Assembly (NCBI RefSeq): GCF_039654945.1
Contig: NW_027361982.1
Span: 1,178,001-1,242,000 of the forward strand
DNA: 64,000 nt
Direction of reading: 5' to 3'
From: Dendrobates tinctorius
Taxonomy: Eukaryota
The notes beneath the pieces are model-generated. The model was given only the letters and a program-made list of their open reading frames with translations, made no database searches and was not told where the DNA came from. Positions 1 through 13,200 of the stretch are shown one piece after another. A program made the translations under genes and the position numbers. Within the stretch, counting starts at the first letter, position 1. Each line of letters opens with the position of its first letter.

Positions 1-481
1 TCAAAACACCAGAATTACGTTTTTTTGGTCGTCTCAACATTGCATTAAAATGCAATAATGGGCGATCAAAATATCGTATCTGCACCAAAATTGTATCATT
101 GAAAATGTCAGCTCGTCACGCAAAAAATAAGCCCCCACCTAACCTGAGATCACGAAAAATGATGACGCTACAGGTCTCTGGAGAATCATAATGGCAGGTT
201 AGTTTTAGCATTTAGTGAACATAGTAAAAAAGCCAAACAAAAAACAACTGTGAGATTGCACTTTGTTTGCAATTTCACCACAATTGGAATTTTTTTCCCG
301 TTTTCCAGTACATAATATGTTAAAACCAATGGTGTCTTTCAAAAGTACAACTCGTTCAGCAAAACACAAGCCCTTGCATGTCCATATTGACCAAAAATAA
401 AAAAGTTATGGCTCTGGGAAGAAGGGGATCAAAAAGCGAAAATGCAAAATCAAAAATACATCTTGAGAGATAAAGTGTTAA
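1..481. mobile_element. End of a non-autonomous DNA transposon (piggyBac-like, TTAA end)
   Basis: AT-rich sequence similar in style to the 6.7-10.5 kb and 44-51 kb element; ends in ...aaagtgttaa. Confidence 0.4.
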
Positions 482-599
482 TGAGGGGGTGTGACTAACA
501 GATTGTAAGAGTGGGCGTGGTCTGCTGTGAATATAGGAATAGGGGTGGTCATCTATGTTGCAGGGTGTGGAGCAGCGCCCCTGAAAAGAAACATCGATA

Positions 600-950
600 A
601 GATTAACAGTGAATGTATGGGTGGGCGTGGTCAGCAGTGAATGAAGGGGTTGGTGTGGTTAGCAGTGAATGTAGAAGTGGGCATGGTCAGTATTGAATGT
701 AGGAGTGGTCAACAGTGAACGTAGGAGTGAGCGTGATCAGCTGTGTTGCAGGGTGCGGTTGTAGTCAGTAGTGAATGTAGGAGCGGTCAACAGTGAATGT
801 AGGAGTGGGCGTGGTCAGTAGTGAATGTAGAATTGGGTGTGGTCAGTAGTGAATGTAGGATTAGGCATGGTCAGCTGTTAAAGTAGGAGTGGTCAGCTGT
901 GAATGTAGGAGTGGGTGTGGTTATATCTGAATATAAGCGTAGGCGGAGTT
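600..950. repeat. Degenerate ~27-bp minisatellite (gtggtcagcagtgaatgtaggagtgggc)
   Basis: Tandem units visible directly. Confidence 0.8.
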
Positions 951-1018
951 ACGTCTGAGAACAGATGTGGTCAGCAGTGATATATTGCCTCAGTGGGTCC
1001 AGCCGCCTGACAGCGATT

Positions 1019-1024
1019 TTTATT
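1019..1024 (-). promoter_or_regulatory. Polyadenylation signal of the MEIOSIN-like gene
   Basis: AATAAA on the minus strand about 115 nt after the stop codon. Confidence 0.55.
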
Positions 1025-1138
1025 ATTACTCACAGACCATTATATATTATCCTCTATTATAGATACAGTGAACTGAACACAACTTTGACAACATTAACAG
1101 CTAATATGGGGTACAGTGGGCACAACTGGAGGCCCGGG

Positions 1139-1286
1139 TTATGGCTCCATTTCTTTCTTGGATTCAGCTTTCTCTGCCAGCAGAACAGACACAGGTTTGG
1201 GTGGAGAGACGTTCTCATATGGCAGCCGCGAGGAGCCGCTCCTCACCAGACGATCATGGAGCAGACTGAACTGCAGAGCCTTAATG
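1139..1286 (-). CDS. MEIOSIN: MEIOSIN-like last coding exon (C)IKALQFSLLHDRLVRSGSSRLPYENVSPPKPVSVLLAEKAESKKEMEP*
   Basis: Acceptor ttttttcag at 1287; phase 2 completes TG|C Cys; TAA at 1139-1141; PKP..LLAEKA motif. Confidence 0.88.
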
Positions 1287-4200
1287 CTGAAAAAAGGAGG
1301 GGGAAGGTTTAAGGAAGAGTTATGATTATTGATGAGAAGGAATCATGATTATTGATAAGTATCCTGGATTAGTAAAGAGAAGTCATGATTATTGATGAGG
1401 AGCCAGGATTAGTAAGGAGAAGGAGTCATGATTATTGATGAGGAGGAGCCAGGAATAGTAAGGAGGAGGAGTCATGATTATTGAGGAGGAGTCAGGATTA
1501 GTAAGGAGGAGGAGTCATGATTATTGATGAGGGGGAGCCAGGATTAGTAAGGAGGAGGAGTCATGATTATTGATTAGGAGCCAGGATTAGTAAGGAGGAG
1601 TAGTCATGATTATTGATGAGGAGTCATGATTATTGAGGAGGAGCCAGGATTAGTAAGTAGGAGTCATGATTATTGATAACTAGCCAGGAATAGTAGGAGT
1701 CATGATTATTGATTAGGAGGAGCCAGGATTAGTAAGGAGGAGGAGTCATGATTATTGATAACTAGCCAGGAATAGTGAGGAGGAGTCATGATTATTGATG
1801 AGGAGTCAGGACTAGGATTAGGAGGTGTCATGATTATTGATGAGGAGCCAGGATTAGTAAGGAGAAGGAGTCATGATTATTGATGAGGAGAAGCCAGGAA
1901 TAGTAAGGAGGAGGAGTCATGATTATTGATGAGGAGTCAGGACTAGGATTAGGAGGTGTCATGATTATTGATGAGGAGGAGCCAGGATTAGTAAGGAGGA
2001 GGAGTCATGATTATTGCTAACTAACCAGGATTAGTAAGGAGGAGTCATGATTATTGATGAGGAGCCAGGAATAGTAGGGAGGAGGAGTCATGATTATTGA
2101 TTACTAGCCAGGAATAGTAAGGAGGAGGAGTCATGATTATTGATGAGGAGTCAGGACTAGGATTAGGAGGTGTCATGATTATTGATGAGGAGCCAGGATT
2201 AGTAAGGAGAAGGAGTCATGATTATTGATGAGGAGGAGTCATGATTATTGACGAGGAGTCAGGACTAGGATTAGGTGTCATGATTATTGATGAGGAGGAG
2301 CCAGGATTAGTAAGGAGGAGGAGTCATGATTATTGATAAATAGCCAGGATTAGTAAGGAGAAGGAGTCATGATTATTGATGAGGAGGAGCCAGGAATAGT
2401 AAGGAGGAGGAGGAGAAGTCATGATTATTGATTAGGAGGAGCCATGATTATTGATAACTAGCCAGGAATAGAAAGGACGAAGAGTCATGATTATTGATGA
2501 GGAGTCAGGACTAGGATTAGAAGGTGTCATGATTATTGATAACGAGCCAGGATTAGTAAGGAGGAGTCATGATTATTGATGAGGAGATGCCATGATTATT
2601 GATGAGGAGCCATAATAGTAAGGAGTCAACATGATTATTAATGAGAGGCCAGGATTAATATGAGAAGTCATGATTATTAACAAAGATGAGTCATGATTAA
2701 AATGGTACCTGAACGTGATTTAAATGAATGGGGAGTTTGAACATCCATGGCTTGCCATGCTGTCATCTGCGTGACAGCGCGGCAAACACGGGTTCTGATC
2801 GACAGTAAGCTCATTACTGACGGTCAGAAAGCTACGATTCCCATGACAGAACATAACAGATGACAGCGTGAGCCAGCAGCTGTGACCAGCAATAAAAAGG
2901 TTACCACCGGTCACAGGCCACAACGAGAGCAGGCATCGCTGATGGGAGTATTCATCAGCCACCGCCTGCGCTATAAATAAATGAAATTATAAAAAAAATA
3001 TGGGGTCTCTTCTATTTTTGATAACCAGCACAGGCAAAATCGACAGCTCTGGGCTGCAATCCTCAGCTGTAAACTTTATCATGGCTGGTTATCAAGAATA
3101 GAGGGATCCCACACCGATTTTTTTTTAAACATTTAAATTAAATTTGAATTAACAAAAATCCAGATTATTTGTATTAGTAATGGGACTTCTATGCACATCA
3201 GCTCACACTGAGACAGAAGCGTAATCCTCACTTACGGCGCCGGGTTGAACTTTCTCATGGGAGCTCAGCGCTACAAACTACAGGAGCGTGATTACGCTCC
3301 TTTGTCAGCCTGTTGACATGGATCGCGGTTGCATCACTGATGTGACTGATATCCAAATAATCCAGATCTTCGTGGGACAGATATGAATTATCTTCACTTT
3401 GGACAGGTGATAGATATGGTTATTTTCTGTGTTTTGCAGGTGACATGGGCTTCCGTGGATTAGGCATAAAGGTGAGTATAACTTTGCTTTTTTATTTCAA
3501 ATAAAGGACTTGTGTCATTATTTCAAATAAAGGATTTTATTCTGGCTGTGTTTTGTTTTACAATCTAACTATGGAGTTAGCAAAGGGAGTGTCTTATAGA
3601 CACCTCTCCATTACTAACCTCTGGGCTTCATATCAGCGGCCATAAAACAGCTGACATCAACTCCACACATATTATCCCATTTACCAAAGCACCAGGGCAA
3701 GCGGAAGAGCCGGGCAAAGTGTTAGGATTGGCACATCCAATAGATGTGCCTTTTCTGGAGCGGCTGCCAGCTGCTATTTTTAGGATGGGGTGCCAATATC
3801 CATGGCCCCTTACCAGTCTCAGAATACCAGCCCCTAGTTGTCTGCTTTAGGTTGGCTGGTGAGGGAAACCCCACGCCGTTTTTTACAATTATTTATTTAT
3901 TTAACTAATTTAAGAAAATGGCATGGGACCCCTTCATTTTTGATAACCAGCCATGATAAAGCTGAAAGTTGGAGCCCGCAGCTGTCAGTTTTGCCTGCGC
4001 TGGTTATCAAACAGTAACACGGACTTCCTGGAGAAGTCTGTGTTCGGTACGGACCCTGAACTTTACTGATCGGGTTTGCTCATCTCTAATCATGATTATT
4101 AATGAGTAGGGGGCCAAGATTAGCAAGGAGGGGGAGTAAAGATTATTAATGAGGATTGGCCAAGATTAGAAAGGAGGAGGAGTCATGATTATTAATGAGG

Positions 4201-7200
4201 AGGGGCCAGGATTAGTAAAGAGGAGGAGTCATGATTATTAATGAGGAAGGGCTAGAATTAGTAAGTAGGAGGCATGATTATTAATGAGGAGGGTCCAGGA
4301 TTAATAGGTAAGAAACCTGATTATTAATAAGGAGGGTAAAGGATTAGTCTTAAAGACATGGTGTCTGACCAATATGGGTGCCTCTCACGGGCAGACATCA
4401 GTCTCCACAGCTCTGCTAGCTCTTTAGTTGCGGTTGTCGATGCTTTACCCGGATGAGCACTAAAAAGACAAGGAGAAGGTGAGCTCTCCCGCCACTGGCC
4501 ATGCCGCACCCCAGACTTCTCCGGTACCTCAGGTATGGACGTCTGTTTAATCTACAGAACATGATGAATCCATTCACACACTTCTTTCTCATTTTCTGCA
4601 GACGGGAGAGCTTGCAAGGATTCTGTGCAATCGTTTTTCCAGTGTTATGACAGGAGCTCGCCGCTTTCACTATGTTGCAGGGTGTGGAGCAGTGCCCCTG
4701 AAAGGCAACACCAATAATACGATTAATGCTACTTAGGAACAAAAAATGTAATTTTATAGAGAGTGGGACCCAATTAACTAACCAAAAAGAGGAAAAAGAC
4801 CCCTAAAATATATAACTTTTAATAATATAGGTAATTTAAAATTCTCAAAAAAAGAATACAAATTATAGAGGTGTGTCGGTAAAAATACAGCAAAAATCAA
4901 GGTAGGATAAAGGGGACTATAAATCCCTAATAATAATAATACATTTTATTTTTATAGCGCCGACATATTCCGCAGCACTTTACATTTCAGAGGGGATTTG
5001 TACAGACAATAGACATTACAGCATAACAATAATCACATACAGTAGATTATAACAAATACCAAGAGGAGTGAGGGCCCTGCTCGCAAGCTTACAGTCTATG
5101 AGGAAAGAGGTAGACACGAAAGGTGGGTGGTAACAGTTGCCCTGATTGTATGGACCAGCCATAATGTTAAGTGTGTAACAGTACAGACACAGAGGGCTAA
5201 TGGATGCATAAAGCATGTGGGAACATGATGCTGGGAACCTGGTTATGGTAAAACTTTTGGCTCTGCCACACAGGGATAGGTTAGGTTAATGTGTTGAGGC
5301 GATAGGCCAGTCTGAATAAATGCGTTTTCAGGACAGGCTTAAAATTGTGGGGATTGGGGACTAATCGTATTGACCTGGGAAGTGCATTCCAAAGAATTGG
5401 CGCGGCACGTGTAAAGTCTTGGAGACGGGAGTGGGAGGTTCTGACTATTGAGGATACTAACCTCAGGTCATCAGCAGAACGGAGGGCGCGGGTAGGGTGG
5501 TATACTGAAACCATATTCCTACCTATCTGCGGAAGTTGGCACCCTAATATTTGCAATAAGGCTCTCCTGCTCAACGTCGGATCCCCTAGAGACCCTAATA
5601 CACACCTAATCTATAATTAAAGTGCAGCACAGGTAGTGAAAAATAAATCTTGGAAGTTTACACTATGTACATAAATTTGCACACCAGAACCAAACACCCA
5701 CACAAAATACTAAAAAACAACAACCTGTCAAATATGAGACAGACTGAAACCCTCAAACCATTGGCGTAAACAGATAATGGCTCTCAATTCAGGGGATATA
5801 TGCATGAAAAACAATATAGATAAAAGTAAAAAAACTGTCAATAATATATTGTAAATACCATACTTATCTAAATAACCTTAAGCCGTGTAGTGTAAGAATC
5901 CATGTCCCGATATCCTCAGTGTTCATCCGGGGACACATGACGTACTAACAATGCAGTGGCCAAAGGACTGACGTGTGCAGCGTTTGGCAACGGGCACTGC
6001 CATCTTAATGAAGTATCTCAGGTCACATTCGGTCTACTGGGAGATGTGGAAGGCATGGCGTAGTCCACGGTCACTCCGGTTGTGCGCACAAAATAACGTC
6101 GGATATAATAAGTAATGTGTAACGCACCGTGAGTTCCACGGTCAAGCTGCCATGCTAATGTGCCCGAGATGGTGTGTTCAACAAAAATATGTAGATTAAA
6201 ATACTATACCCAGAGAAACTAAATAATAATAGCCATTGACCATATATAACATGTCATATAGTATATTGGTCAATACTGCATGTCAAATAGTGCAACAATA
6301 TACATAAAGTGTAATGACGCCATATATACAAGCCCTATATGTCATATGGTAATTAAGAAGACAGTTATCATTTCAAGGGTTATACACATGACAATTACTT
6401 CTATTAATCCCTTTTAAGGGATGTTTCCAACAGATGTAACAAGCATGATTGATAAAAAAAAAAATACACTCTTGTGCTTCATAGGGGAGAAAATAAACAA
6501 TCTTAAATATGGATAGAGAACAGAACCTTCCTTATAGAAACAAGAGTATAACAAAGGTAGAGCCACTCCAAACGGGTAATGACTATATACAGTACATATC
6601 CAGTGACCACTAAGGTCAATATAGAAAGGTGGTCCTTTGTTGGCTAAAAATAAACATATTTAATCCCTTTACCCCGAAGGGTGGTTTCCACGTTCATGAC
6701 CGGGCCAATTTTTACAATTCTGACCACTGTCCCTTTATGAGGTAATAACTCTGAAACGCTTCCATGGATCCCACTAATTCTGACATTGTTTTCTCTTGAT
6801 GATTTTACCTGATGAAGGCTAATTTTATGTATAGCCGAAACGCGTTGTTTTTATGTCTAATAATAAACTGGATATTCCTTTAAATATTCAGAGTAATTAA
6901 TGAATCAGCCGGAAGCGCTCCTTGACAAGCTGGAAATCCTTTTCTGACATTTTCTCATGACATATTGTACTTCATGTTAGTGGTAAAAATTCATTCAAAT
7001 AACTTGCGTTTATTTGTGAAAAAAATGGAAATTTGGCGAAAATTTTGAAAATTTCGCAATTTTCCAACTTTGAATTTTTATGCCCTTAAATCACAGATAT
7101 ATAGCACACAAAAAACTTCATAAGTAACATTTCCCACATGTTTACTTTACATCAGCACAATTTTGGAACCAAAATTTTTTTTCTGTTAGGAAGTTATAAG

Positions 7201-10200
7201 GGTTAAAAGTTGACCAGCGATTTCTCATTTTTGCAACACCATTTTATTTTTACAGACCACATGACATTTGAAGCCACTTTGAGGGGTCTATATGATGGAA
7301 AATACCCAAAAGTGACACCATTCTAAAAACTGCACCCCTCAAGGTGCTCAAAACCATATTCAAGAAGTTTATTAACGCTTCAGCTGCTTCACAGGAATTT
7401 TTTTAATGTTCAAAAAAAATGAACATTTAACTTTTTTTCACAAAAAAATTACTTCAGGTCCAATTTTTTTTCATTTTACCAAGGCTAACAGGAGAAATTG
7501 GCCTGCAAAAGTTATTGTGCAGTTTGTCCTGAGTACGCCGATACCAGACGTGTGGGGGAACCACTGTTTTGGCGCATGGCAGAGCTCAGAAGGGAAGGAG
7601 CGCCGTTTGACTTTTTTCAATGCAAAATTGGCTGGAATTCAGATCGGACGCCATGTCACGTTTGGAGAGCCCCTGATGTACCTAAACAGTGGAAACCCCC
7701 AAGTGACCTCATTTTGGAAACTAGACCCTCTAAGGAACTTATCTAAATATGTGGTGAGAACTTTGAACCCACAAGGGCTTCACAGAAGTTTATAACGTAC
7801 AGCCGTACAATTAAAAAATCGTATTTTTTCCACAAAAATGATGTTTTCACCCCCAATTTTTATTTTCCCAAGGGTAACAGGACTCTAAAAGTTATTGTGC
7901 AATTTGTCCCGAGTACGCTGATACCCCATATGTGGGTGTAAACGACTATTTGGGTGCATGGCAGAGCTCGAAAGGGAAGCAGCTCCATTTGACTTTTTTG
8001 GCTGGAATTGAGATCAGACACCATGTCGCGTTTGGAAAGCCCCTGATGTGCCAAAACAGTGGAAACCCCCCACAAATGACACCATTTTGAAAACTAGACC
8101 CCCCCAAGGAACTTATCTAGATGTGTGGTGAGCACTTTGAACCCCCAAGGTCTTCACAGAAGTTTATAACACCCAGGCGTGAAAATAAAAAAAACATTTT
8201 TTCCACAAACATGATCTTTTAGTTCCCAATTTTTTTTATTTTCCCAAGGGTAACAGGAGAAATTGGACCCCAAAAGTTGTTGTCCAATTTGTCTTGAGTA
8301 CGCTGATACCCCATATGTGGGAGAAAACTACTGTATGGGCACACGTCGGGGCTCGGAAGGGAAGTAGTGACGTTTTGGAATGCAGACTTTGCTGGAATGG
8401 TCTGCGGGTGTCATGTTGCCTTTGGAGAGCCCCTGATGTACCTAAACAGTGGAAACCCCCCACAAGTGACCCCATTTTGGAAACTAGATCCCCTAAGGAA
8501 CTTATCTAGATGTATGGTGAGCACTTTGAACCCCCCCAGTGCTTCACAGAAGTTTATAACGCCCGGGCGTGAAAATAAAAAAAATCTTTTTTCCACAAAA
8601 ATGATATTTTTGCCCCCAATTTTTTATTTTCCTAAGGGAAACAGAAATTGGACCCCAAAAGTTGTTTTGCAATTTGTCCTGAGTAGACTGTTACCCCATA
8701 CGTGGGGATAAAACACTGTTTGGGCGCATGGCAGAGCTTGGAATGAGCACCATTTGATTTTTTAACGCAGAATTGGCTGGAATTGAGATCAGACGCCATG
8801 TTGCATTTGGAGAGCATCTGATTTGCCCAAACAGTGGAAACCCCCCAATTCTAACTCCAACCCTAACCCCAACACACCCCTAACCCTAATCTCAGCCCTA
8901 ACCCTAGCCCTAACTATAACCCTAGCCCTAATGGGAAAATGAAAATAAATACATCTTTTTAATTTTATTATTTTTCCTCCCTAACTAAGGGGGTAATAAC
9001 GGGGGGGGGGGGGGGGTTTGATTTACTATTTTTAGCTGGTTTTTATGTTTGGCAGCTGTCACGCTAAAAGACGCTTTTTATTGTAAAAATAGTTTTTGCA
9101 TCACCACATCTTGAGAGCTATAATTTTTCCATATTTTGACCTACCGAGTCATGTGAGGTCTTATTTTTTGCGGGACAAGTTGACGTTTTTATTGGTACCA
9201 TTCTCGGGCACGTGACATTTTTTGATCGCTTTTTATTCTGATTTTTGGGACGCAGAATGAACAAAAAACAGCATTTCAAGAATTTCTTTTGGGGGGTGCG
9301 TTTACACCGTTCCGCGTGCGGTAAAATTGATAAGGCGGTTTTATTCTTCAGGTCGGTACGGTTACAACGATACCTCATGTTTTTTTTTTTTATGTTTTGT
9401 CGCTTTTATGCAATCAAAACAAATTTATATAAAAAATAATTATTTTTGCATCGCTTTATTCTGCGAGGTGTAACTTTTTTATTTTTCCGCTGATGACGCT
9501 GTGTCCCGGCTCGTTTTTTGCGGGACAAGATGACGTTTTCAGCGGTACCATGGTTATTTATATCTGTCTTTTTGATCGTGCGTTATTGCACTTTTTGTTC
9601 GGCGGTATGATAATAAAGCATTCATTTTTGTTTTGTTTTTTATTTTTTAAGGGGTTGGCTAAAGGGGATAACTAATGGGACAGTTTTATAGGGCGGGTCA
9701 TTACCGACTTGGCGATACTAAATATGTGTACTTTTATTGTTTTTTGTTTTTTTCCAAAAATCAATCAATCAAATTTATTATCGCCAAGTACATATTACAT
9801 ATATACAAGGAATTCTTTGTGGCAAAGAGGCAACATAATATATAACAGATACAAGTAACATCTAACAAGACAGATACAGTATATAGTGATTGATTGAAAA
9901 ATGAATTTATTAGGGAATATTTTTTTTATTTATTTAGCGATTTTTCTTTAAATTATTTTTACACTTTTTTTTAACTTTATTATACTGTCTCAGGGGGGAC
10001 ATCACTGTAATGTGACAGATCAGCGATCTGTCACAGGAGCTTCACAAGGGTTCCTCATGCCTGCGCTTTGCAGGCAGTGAGGAAGCCGGCTCCCTGCAGG
10101 CCCCCGAAGGTCCCTGCCACCATATTGGATTCGGGGACCTGCAGGGAGGGAGGCCCCCGCAGCAGCGCTGCACATTGCGCTGCTGTGGGGGTCTCAGGGA

Positions 10201-13200
10201 AGCACGGAGGGAGCCCCCTCCCTTCCGATTCTTCCCTAAACCCCCAGTACACTGCAATCGTGTTTGATCGCAGTGTGCCAGGGGTTAACGTGCCGGGAGG
10301 CGGTCCATGACTGCCCCTGACACATAGTGCCGGGTGTCAGCTGTGATAATCAGCTGACACCCGGCCGCGATCAGCGGCGCTCCCCACGGGGGGCGCCTCT
10401 GATCGCTATGACGTACTATCCCGTCCCCGGTCATAGGGGCCCGGGTACCGTGGGTGGGATAGTACGTCAAATGTCGGGAAGGGGTTAAAGATACGGATCA
10501 GATGAAACTACATTGTAACATAGTTTTGAAGGCTGAAGGAAGACCTTATGTCCATCTAGTTCAGCTGTTCTGCATTGTTGATCCTGGGGAAGGCAAAAAA
10601 CCCACAGAGTAGAAGCCAATTTTCTCCATAGGGAAAAAAATTCCTTCCTCTAAGCTGGGTCAACCATCTACCTATAATATTCTGTTATTCGTAACCTTCT
10701 ATACTGTTACTCACAAGAAAAGCATCCATTCCTTTCTTAAATTCATTCAGTGAGTTGGCCATCACCACTTCCTCAGGAAGAGAATTCCAGAGCCTCACTG
10801 CTCTTACCGTGAAGAACCCTCTTCTATGCTGGTGCAGAAATTGTCTTTCCTCCAAACGAAGAGAATGCCCCCTTGTTCTTGTCACAGTCCTTGGTACAGG
10901 CAGTTCATTGGAGAGATCTCTGTATTGCCCTCTGATATACTTGTACATATATATTAGGTCTCCCCTAAGTCTTCTCTTTTGTAGAGTAAATAGACCTAAT
11001 TTTGATAACCTTTCTGGGTATTGTAGTGAACCAACTCCATTTATCATTTTAGTAGCCCGCCTTTGAACCCTTTCAAGTTCAGTAATGTCTTTCTTGAGCA
11101 CCGGCGTCCAAAATTGCACACAATACTCCAAGTGTGGTCTGACGAGTGATTTGTACAGAGCGAGAATTATGTTTTCATCTCGTGTCCCCAGACCTCTTCT
11201 AATGCATCCCATGACCCTATTTGCTTTGGTGGCAGCTGCCTGACACTGGGCACTCCAATTTAGCTTCTTATTGACTAAGAAGCCTAAGTCTTTTTCCATG
11301 TCTGATTTCCCCAGTAGTTTTACATTTAGTAAGTAATTGTAGCATCTGTTTCTCCTTCCCATGTGCATAACCTTACACTTATCTGTGTTAAACCTCATTT
11401 GCCATTTTTCAGCCCAATTCTCCAATTTACTCAAATCTGTCTGTAGTTGCAAACTGTCCTCCTTTGTGTTAACTACCTTACATAGTTTTGTATCATCTGC
11501 AAATACTGATATTTTACTGTGTAAGCCATCCACTAGATCACTAATAAATATATTAAATAGTAGGGGGCCCAATACAGAACCCTGTGGTACCCCACTAGTA
11601 ACCCTGGCCCAATCTGAGTATGCACCATTAATAACCACTCTTGTTTTCTATCACTAAGCCAGCTACCTACCCATCTACACACATTTTCCCCTAGCCCAAG
11701 CTTTCTCAGCTTACTTACCAATCTTTTATGTGGGACAGTGTCAAATGCTTTAGAGAAGTCGAGATAAATGACATCCAATGATTCTCCTTGGTCCATTTGA
11801 GAGCTTACATCCTCATAGAAGCTGATCAGGTTAGTTTGACAGGAGCGATCCTTCATAAATCCATGTTGATATGGAGTTAAACATTTATTAACATTGAGAT
11901 ATTTCATAATGGTATCCCTTAGAAACCCTTCAAAAATTTTACCCACAACAGATGTTAAGCTTACCGGCCTAGAAACTAGAAGAGTTAAACTGTTCATTGA
12001 ACCCCTGGATTAAAATATTGCAACCAATATATCCACCTCGTTACACGTCATAATAAATAATAATAATAATACAATTTTCCGGTCCCAATCCCCTTGTGTA
12101 ATGGAGGGAGGGACAAGCTCAATTACACAGAACGAGATGGCCCCAATGTCACCCCCATGTTTAGAAATAACATGGCATGCCAAGGGGGTGTCTCTGCCGT
12201 GCCTAATATCGCCCAGATCTTCACTAATGCGCACATGTAATTCATACGGTACATGCAGGTGCACAGATGTATTACCCCAGTGGTCTTAACAGATGGAAAA
12301 ACACCTCATATTGTAGATCCTATTGGTCACAGCACTGGTGAATGTTCCTAAAGTGAAGACAAATCTGTGAAAGCTGCAGTGGCTACATCTAAAGGTGGGA
12401 GTTATTGTCTGGCCAGGTCCCCTCCCTTTTTGGGGGGGTGAGATGACTATGTAGGGTGCCAACCTCGACAGATATGGTTAAGTGATTACTAGGGATTTAT
12501 CCTACCTTGATTTCTGCTGTATTTGTACAGACAAACCCCTATCATTTTTATACTTAGGTATTTTTCAGAGTTTTAACTGATATTATTAAAAGTTATATTT
12601 TAGGGGTCTTTTTTCTTTTCGGTTGTAAGATTAATGCTACCAGCTCTCACCCCCACCAGTGCTCGCACCTCACCTGCAACCTCCTGGCTCTACTTTTGGG
12701 GCCGCGCACTTGAATGCATCTCCTTAATGCTGATCCTGCGGGGCCCTGAGCGGTAGATTCTGGGCATATGGCCACTGTGTTGCTTTCCTTTGTTGGCAGC
12801 AGCGGGCAGGTGTGGCTCTTATCACAGGACATATAGCTGTGATCCAGGGAGAAGGCTGAGGCCTCTGCAGGGTCCTAAACACAAAACCATGAAAAATATA
12901 ATTGCTGCGACAGTCTCCAGAAGTCAGGAGGGGTGGGTTCTCTGAGATCACATCTGAGGGAGCCCTCAGGGTTTACTTCCTAAGTACAAAGTCACCAGAT
13001 CGTTACCTGAACAACCTCAGAGGGCCAAGACATGATGTCTACCTCCTCAAACAAAACTGAAAAGAAAAATCCCAACATGAGCATTAATCTCTTCCTACAG
13101 TCCCCACCAGTTATATGGCAGCCAGTGCCCCAATATAACTGCACCTACCCTGTGGGAGATAATCAGCAGGAGAGGACAGGAGCCAAGGGCTGAGCTCCAG

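Larger units (their letters stand above)
4733..12628. mobile_element. Composite 7.9-kb insertion with ~150-bp inverted arms (4780-4933 / 12486-12625) and 12-bp target duplication GATTAATGCTAC; Penelope- or DIRS-like host carrying nested elements
   Basis: Direct repeat at 4721-4732 and 12629-12640; the arms are diverged reverse complements of each other. Confidence 0.75.

Noticed and set aside
5975-6012. Possible second degenerate hammerhead on the minus strand (TTAAGA-TGGCA..TGCC-AAACGC)
   Set aside because: The catalytic core CUGANGA/GAAA is not intact.
10685-11638. 317-aa RT ORF as a domesticated gene
   Set aside because: Ordinary 5'-truncated CR1 with a frameshift and intact LINE 3' tail.
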